DNA from: a virus
Direction: 5' to 3' (one strand)
Length of the DNA: 64,000 nt
Virus record (IMG/VR): IMGVR_UViG_3300023184_004591
Location: 31,293-95,292 of that record
In this document: positions 60,713 to 64,000 of the stretch, piece by piece
Layout: each line of letters opens with the position of its first letter
Position numbering within the stretch: position 1 is the first letter of the stretch
Program-made: the position numbers and the translations under genes
Notes under the pieces: generated by a model
The model's database searches: none
The model's input: only the letters and a program-made list of their open reading frames with translations
What the model was told of the DNA's origin: nothing

Positions 60713-62014
60713 TTATCTAATTATCTTTTTCATTGTACCATCTTCGTATACCTCAAAAATAAATCCTTTAGTATCTGATTGGATTTCTTGACCAAGTAAA
60801 TTTACGTATTTTACTATTTTCTTAATTGATATTGTATTATCTAATGAAATAGGTCCGTAGTATTTAAAATTACCGTCATAATCAAATTGTTTTAACATAT
60901 AATAATTTATCAGTAAATCATCAAAAGAATCCATAAAACTATAATAACTAGTTGTGTTACTATTACCTGACGCAGTTTTATACCCAATCGGAATCCATTT
61001 TTCACCATCAGTACTTCTTTGAATTTCAAAGTAATCTGAATTACTTTCGGATGCGGTCACCCATTTTAATACATTATATGTTTGGTATTTATCACCGTCA
61101 AAATATAATAGTTCTATAGGTAGTGGAACATTATTCACAAATCCTACTTGGAACCAATTAAACCCAATTACATCATCACTAATTAATGTGTAATCTAAAT
61201 CTGACGATCCGTTTATTGAGTTATGAGTCCCTGATATCACCCAAGTTGTGTTAGATGGTCCATTATTTTTAATCATTCTTGTTAATGTTCTGTCCGTAAT
61301 GTTAGTTAAATTATTTGCTCTTAAAGTTGTTGTAAATTTTTTAGTATTAAGAGATCCACCATAACTATCAGGAGTAATACTCCAATATCCATCAACTACA
61401 TAATCATCAATTAACTGATTATCGGAAGATGTTACAGGTAAACCATTATGATCGTTACCCATACTTGGTAATCCTGAAATATATTCTCCAATCAAATAAC
61501 CACCTGACGTTGATTCAGTATAGTTAATTATGATGTTTCTATTGTAGGATGAAGTTCCTATTGGAAAAATTCCACTTGATTGTGTGGAGTTAGTATTATT
61601 AAACCACCTTTTAAGTTGACCTGTAACTGTACCGTCAGTCCAATTTAGGATCCCAATATTTGATGAATTGTATCCAACTTCAATTAAACTTGAATTAGAC
61701 ACAACTCCTGTAATCATGTTTAATTCATTAGTAAATGTCACAGGTGTTGATATAATAAATCCGTTAGAATTATTTAAAGTTCCTTTATAAAAGGATGTTT
61801 GACTACCACTGATAGTTTGTTGGTTAGAACCAATAAAAATCCATCTACCCCCTACGTTTGTGGATGATACGTTATTGTAGTCGGTATTACTCAACACTAA
61901 ATAAGGATCATTACTTGATACAATGTTTACCCCACCTGTTGTTTTAAATGTTGCGTTTTGAGATACCCCTATAAAGTTTACCATTAAGAATAGTAAAAAT
62001 ATTATTTTTTTCAT
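60713..62014 (-). CDS. Bacteroidota-type secreted protein with a T9SS-like C-terminus
   Basis: Sec signal MKKIIFLLFLMVNFIGVS-Q; PLPIELLYF...W.TASE.NSDYFEIQRSTDG Ig domain; KIVKYVNLLGQ...YEDGTMKKII terminus. Confidence 0.75.
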   Translation of the reverse strand: MKKIIFLLFLMVNFIGVSQNATFKTTGGVNIVSSNDPYLVLSNTDYNNVSSTNVGGRWIFIGSNQQTISGSQTSFYKGTLNNSNGFIISTPVTFTNELNMITGVVSNSSLIEVGYNSSNIGILNWTDGTVTGQLKRWFNNTNSTQSSGIFPIGTSSYNRNIIINYTESTSGGYLIGEYISGLPSMGNDHNGLPVTSSDNQLIDDYVVDGYWSITPDSYGGSLNTKKFTTTLRANNLTNITDRTLTRMIKNNGPSNTTWVISGTHNSINGSSDLDYTLISDDVIGFNWFQVGFVNNVPLPIELLYFDGDKYQTYNVLKWVTASESNSDYFEIQRSTDGEKWIPIGYKTASGNSNTTSYYSFMDSFDDLLINYYMLKQFDYDGNFKYYGPISLDNTISIKKIVKYVNLLGQEIQSDTKGFIFEVYEDGTMKKIIR

Positions 62015-62024
62015 TACTATAAAT

Positions 62025-63533
62025 TTATTTAGTTATTGTCAAAACAGTAAGGGAACCTTGACAAACTCCAGCTGCTGCCCCACCAATTGTTGGGTTATCC
62101 ACATTAGATTCTGATCTTCGATTACCTCTAACATCAATCGTATGACTACCCGCACTTAATGTTACCATTGTTGTTATAGACCACGGACCATACCCCCATA
62201 AAGAAATTGTCCCATAATTTTGTGCAGTAACTGCTTGAGTTGCACCATTTAAAACTACACCATCTACATAAACACCTATTTGTGAATTGACATTTCTATT
62301 TGTTGTTGCCGAGTTATCATAAATACAACCGTGAGTCGTTACAAAATAAACGTGATTAGCATCTGAGGTAAAAGTAGTTGTAAGTCCGGTTATAGTTACC
62401 ATTGTTGTTGTTGTGGGAGTTATGGTTGCCGTTTGATTAACTGTTGTCCCAGCTTGTGTTAGTGTACTCCATGATGTGACACCTGAACCATTAGTTTGTA
62501 AAAATTGACCTGAAGTACCTGCCGAATTAGGTAATGTTAATGTTAAATTAGCTCCCGTTAAATCCCCACTTTGTATTGCGGTGTAGTATGTGGGAGTTGT
62601 TCCTGATTCTTTCATTCTAACATAACCATCTGTAGAAACGTTTCCCGCTTCAGTTACTGAGAAAACCGCAGTTGAAGAACCGTTAGGAGTTACCTCAAAT
62701 TGTTGTGACCCATTAGCATCAGCGTCTAATGCAACTCTAACGTCTGTGTTTGAGTTTATTCTTAAAATTCCGCTAGTACCTCCGTTAATACCAGAACCAT
62801 TTATATCTTGTCCATTCACATTTATGTCACCACCTAATGTTCCATTTCCATCTATGTTATAATTTGCGGTTGTTTGTTGGGAAGTTCCATTTTGTATGTA
62901 ATTACCATTACCTGATGGTATATCAGCAGAAACTAAAGTTCTAAATGTTGGTGAACCTGCAGAACCTGTTGTTGGACCAGCAAATACCGTATTTGCCGAC
63001 TGATTAGCCAATGTACCCGTTAATGTTCCTGATGTGGTAATAGGTGAATTAGAAACCGTTATTATAGATGGTAAAGATAAACCAACTGACGTAACACTAC
63101 CCCCACTATTATTATCCGTACTATTAACCGTAAAGTTAGGGTAAGTTCCCGTTACTGTTGTTGATCCACCACCTGTTAATGTAACAGTTTGATCAGGACT
63201 TGTGTTTGTAATCGTATTACTTGCAACACTAATACCTGTACCTGCAGTATACGAGGCCTCAGTTCCAGACGCCAATCTAACCCATGTGGATCCATCATAA
63301 AAATAAAAACCTGATGTACCATTTGTTTGATAAACTAATAATCCACTTGCGGGTGAGGAAATTGAACTCCTTTCAGATTGTAACATTCTAGGTATTAATA
63401 TACCTTGTGATGTTGATTTAACATCCAATATTGCTGAAGAATTTGGGGAACTCCCATCTGTGTTAATTCCCACACCTTGTGATAATACTGTGGTGGAAAT
63501 TAATAACGTTAAAAACAATAATAATTTTTTCAT
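62025..63533 (-). CDS. Bacteroidota-type secreted fibre/adhesin-like protein
   Basis: Sec signal MKKLLLFLTLLISTTVLS-Q, then GVGINT..PNSSAILDVKSTSQGILIPRM...PASGLLVYQT...GFYFYDGSTW; fibre-like repeats; C-terminal beta sandwich. Confidence 0.75.
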   Translation of the reverse strand: MKKLLLFLTLLISTTVLSQGVGINTDGSSPNSSAILDVKSTSQGILIPRMLQSERSSISSPASGLLVYQTNGTSGFYFYDGSTWVRLASGTEASYTAGTGISVASNTITNTSPDQTVTLTGGGSTTVTGTYPNFTVNSTDNNSGGSVTSVGLSLPSIITVSNSPITTSGTLTGTLANQSANTVFAGPTTGSAGSPTFRTLVSADIPSGNGNYIQNGTSQQTTANYNIDGNGTLGGDINVNGQDINGSGINGGTSGILRINSNTDVRVALDADANGSQQFEVTPNGSSTAVFSVTEAGNVSTDGYVRMKESGTTPTYYTAIQSGDLTGANLTLTLPNSAGTSGQFLQTNGSGVTSWSTLTQAGTTVNQTATITPTTTTMVTITGLTTTFTSDANHVYFVTTHGCIYDNSATTNRNVNSQIGVYVDGVVLNGATQAVTAQNYGTISLWGYGPWSITTMVTLSAGSHTIDVRGNRRSESNVDNPTIGGAAAGVCQGSLTVLTITK

Positions 63534-63644
63534 AACCAATCTTTTTTATAAATATACTTATGTCACATATTAAAGACGAACGTATGTAATAAAAATACCC
63601 TTAATTTATGTATTTTAACATTATTAATTAGCAAAACATATAAA

Positions 63645-63676
63645 ACAAAAAAAGGAGACAATAAATTGTCTCCTTT
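63645..63676 (-). terminator. Intrinsic terminator after the major capsid gene
   Basis: Perfect 12-bp inverted repeat AAAGGAGACAAT / ATTGTCTCCTTT (63651-63676) followed by a T-run on the minus strand. Confidence 0.85.
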
Positions 63677-63697
63677 CTCTTATTCGGTATTAATTGA

Positions 63698-64000
63698 TTA
63701 TCTCAATTCTCTCAAGTCAAATGTTCTAACTCCATCAACTGTGATACGTCCGTAGAAACGGTTGTTAACCATTTTCTTAGCGTATCTTGTCATTATACCT
63801 TTGATAGGTGTAAAGTTGAATGGATTGTACATTGTAGGTGTCAATTGTAGAGGTACGTACGGTGCGTAGATGTAACCTGTGTCTAACAATGATGTTCCTT
63901 TGTGTCCTACTAACACTGTGTTAGCTGGGAAGTAAGGGTCACGGTAAACTTGGTAACGTCCTGCAAGAGTACCAACTCTTTCAATACCCATGTTATACTG
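63698..64000 (-). CDS. Major capsid protein, T4 gp23-like (C-terminal part)
   Basis: GTL.GRYQVY.DPY, GYIYAPYVPL, P.NF.PIKGIMTRYA; frame is open to the window edge. Confidence 0.9.
   Translation of the reverse strand, partial: QYNMGIERVGTLAGRYQVYRDPYFPANTVLVGHKGTSLLDTGYIYAPYVPLQLTPTMYNPFNFTPIKGIMTRYAKKMVNNRFYGRITVDGVRTFDLRELR

Noticed and set aside
63555-63650. tRNA or ncRNA in intergenic gaps
   Set aside because: Gaps are short and AT-rich; no cloverleaf or T-loop motif was seen.
1-64000. Stop-codon reassignment
   Set aside because: Standard code gives near-complete coding density with intact genes; TAA, TGA and TAG all appear as real stops.
1-64000. Eukaryotic giant virus origin, suggested by GT60, papain, mucin and SNF2 genes
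   Set aside because: A T4-type capsid, neck, gp5 and sigma factor, coupled operons and intrinsic terminators indicate a tailed bacteriophage.

Overview
An AT-rich, gene-dense segment of a large T4-superfamily-like (jumbo myovirus) phage genome in the standard genetic code. Hallmark genes are the C-terminus of a gp23-like major capsid protein, gp13/gp14-like neck proteins, a gp5-like hub/spike, a gp55-like sigma factor, family B DNA polymerase, SNF2 helicase, dUTPase and PhoH. A Bacteroidota host is suggested by A-rich starts without Shine-Dalgarno motifs, TTG-N20-TAnnTTT-like promoters, and two captured Bacteroidota-type secreted-protein genes. The most striking region is about 8.9-33.4 kb. 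There, a 1428-aa protein with a ~1000-residue Thr-every-other-residue mucin-like stalk and Cys-rich tip modules lies directly upstream of a GT60-type polypeptide O-GlcNAc transferase and further glycosyltransferases, sugar O-methyltransferases and a 2OG-Fe(II) oxygenase. Together these look like a phage-encoded mucin-type O-glycosylation system for virion fibres. The fibre genes also show a repeated adaptor/fibre plug-and-socket pairing. A second glycan cluster with a sulfotransferase lies at 36.4-47.1 kb. A sense-strand TATTTAT motif precedes most structural genes and is a candidate late promoter. All family assignments come from motif recognition by eye; no database searches were run.
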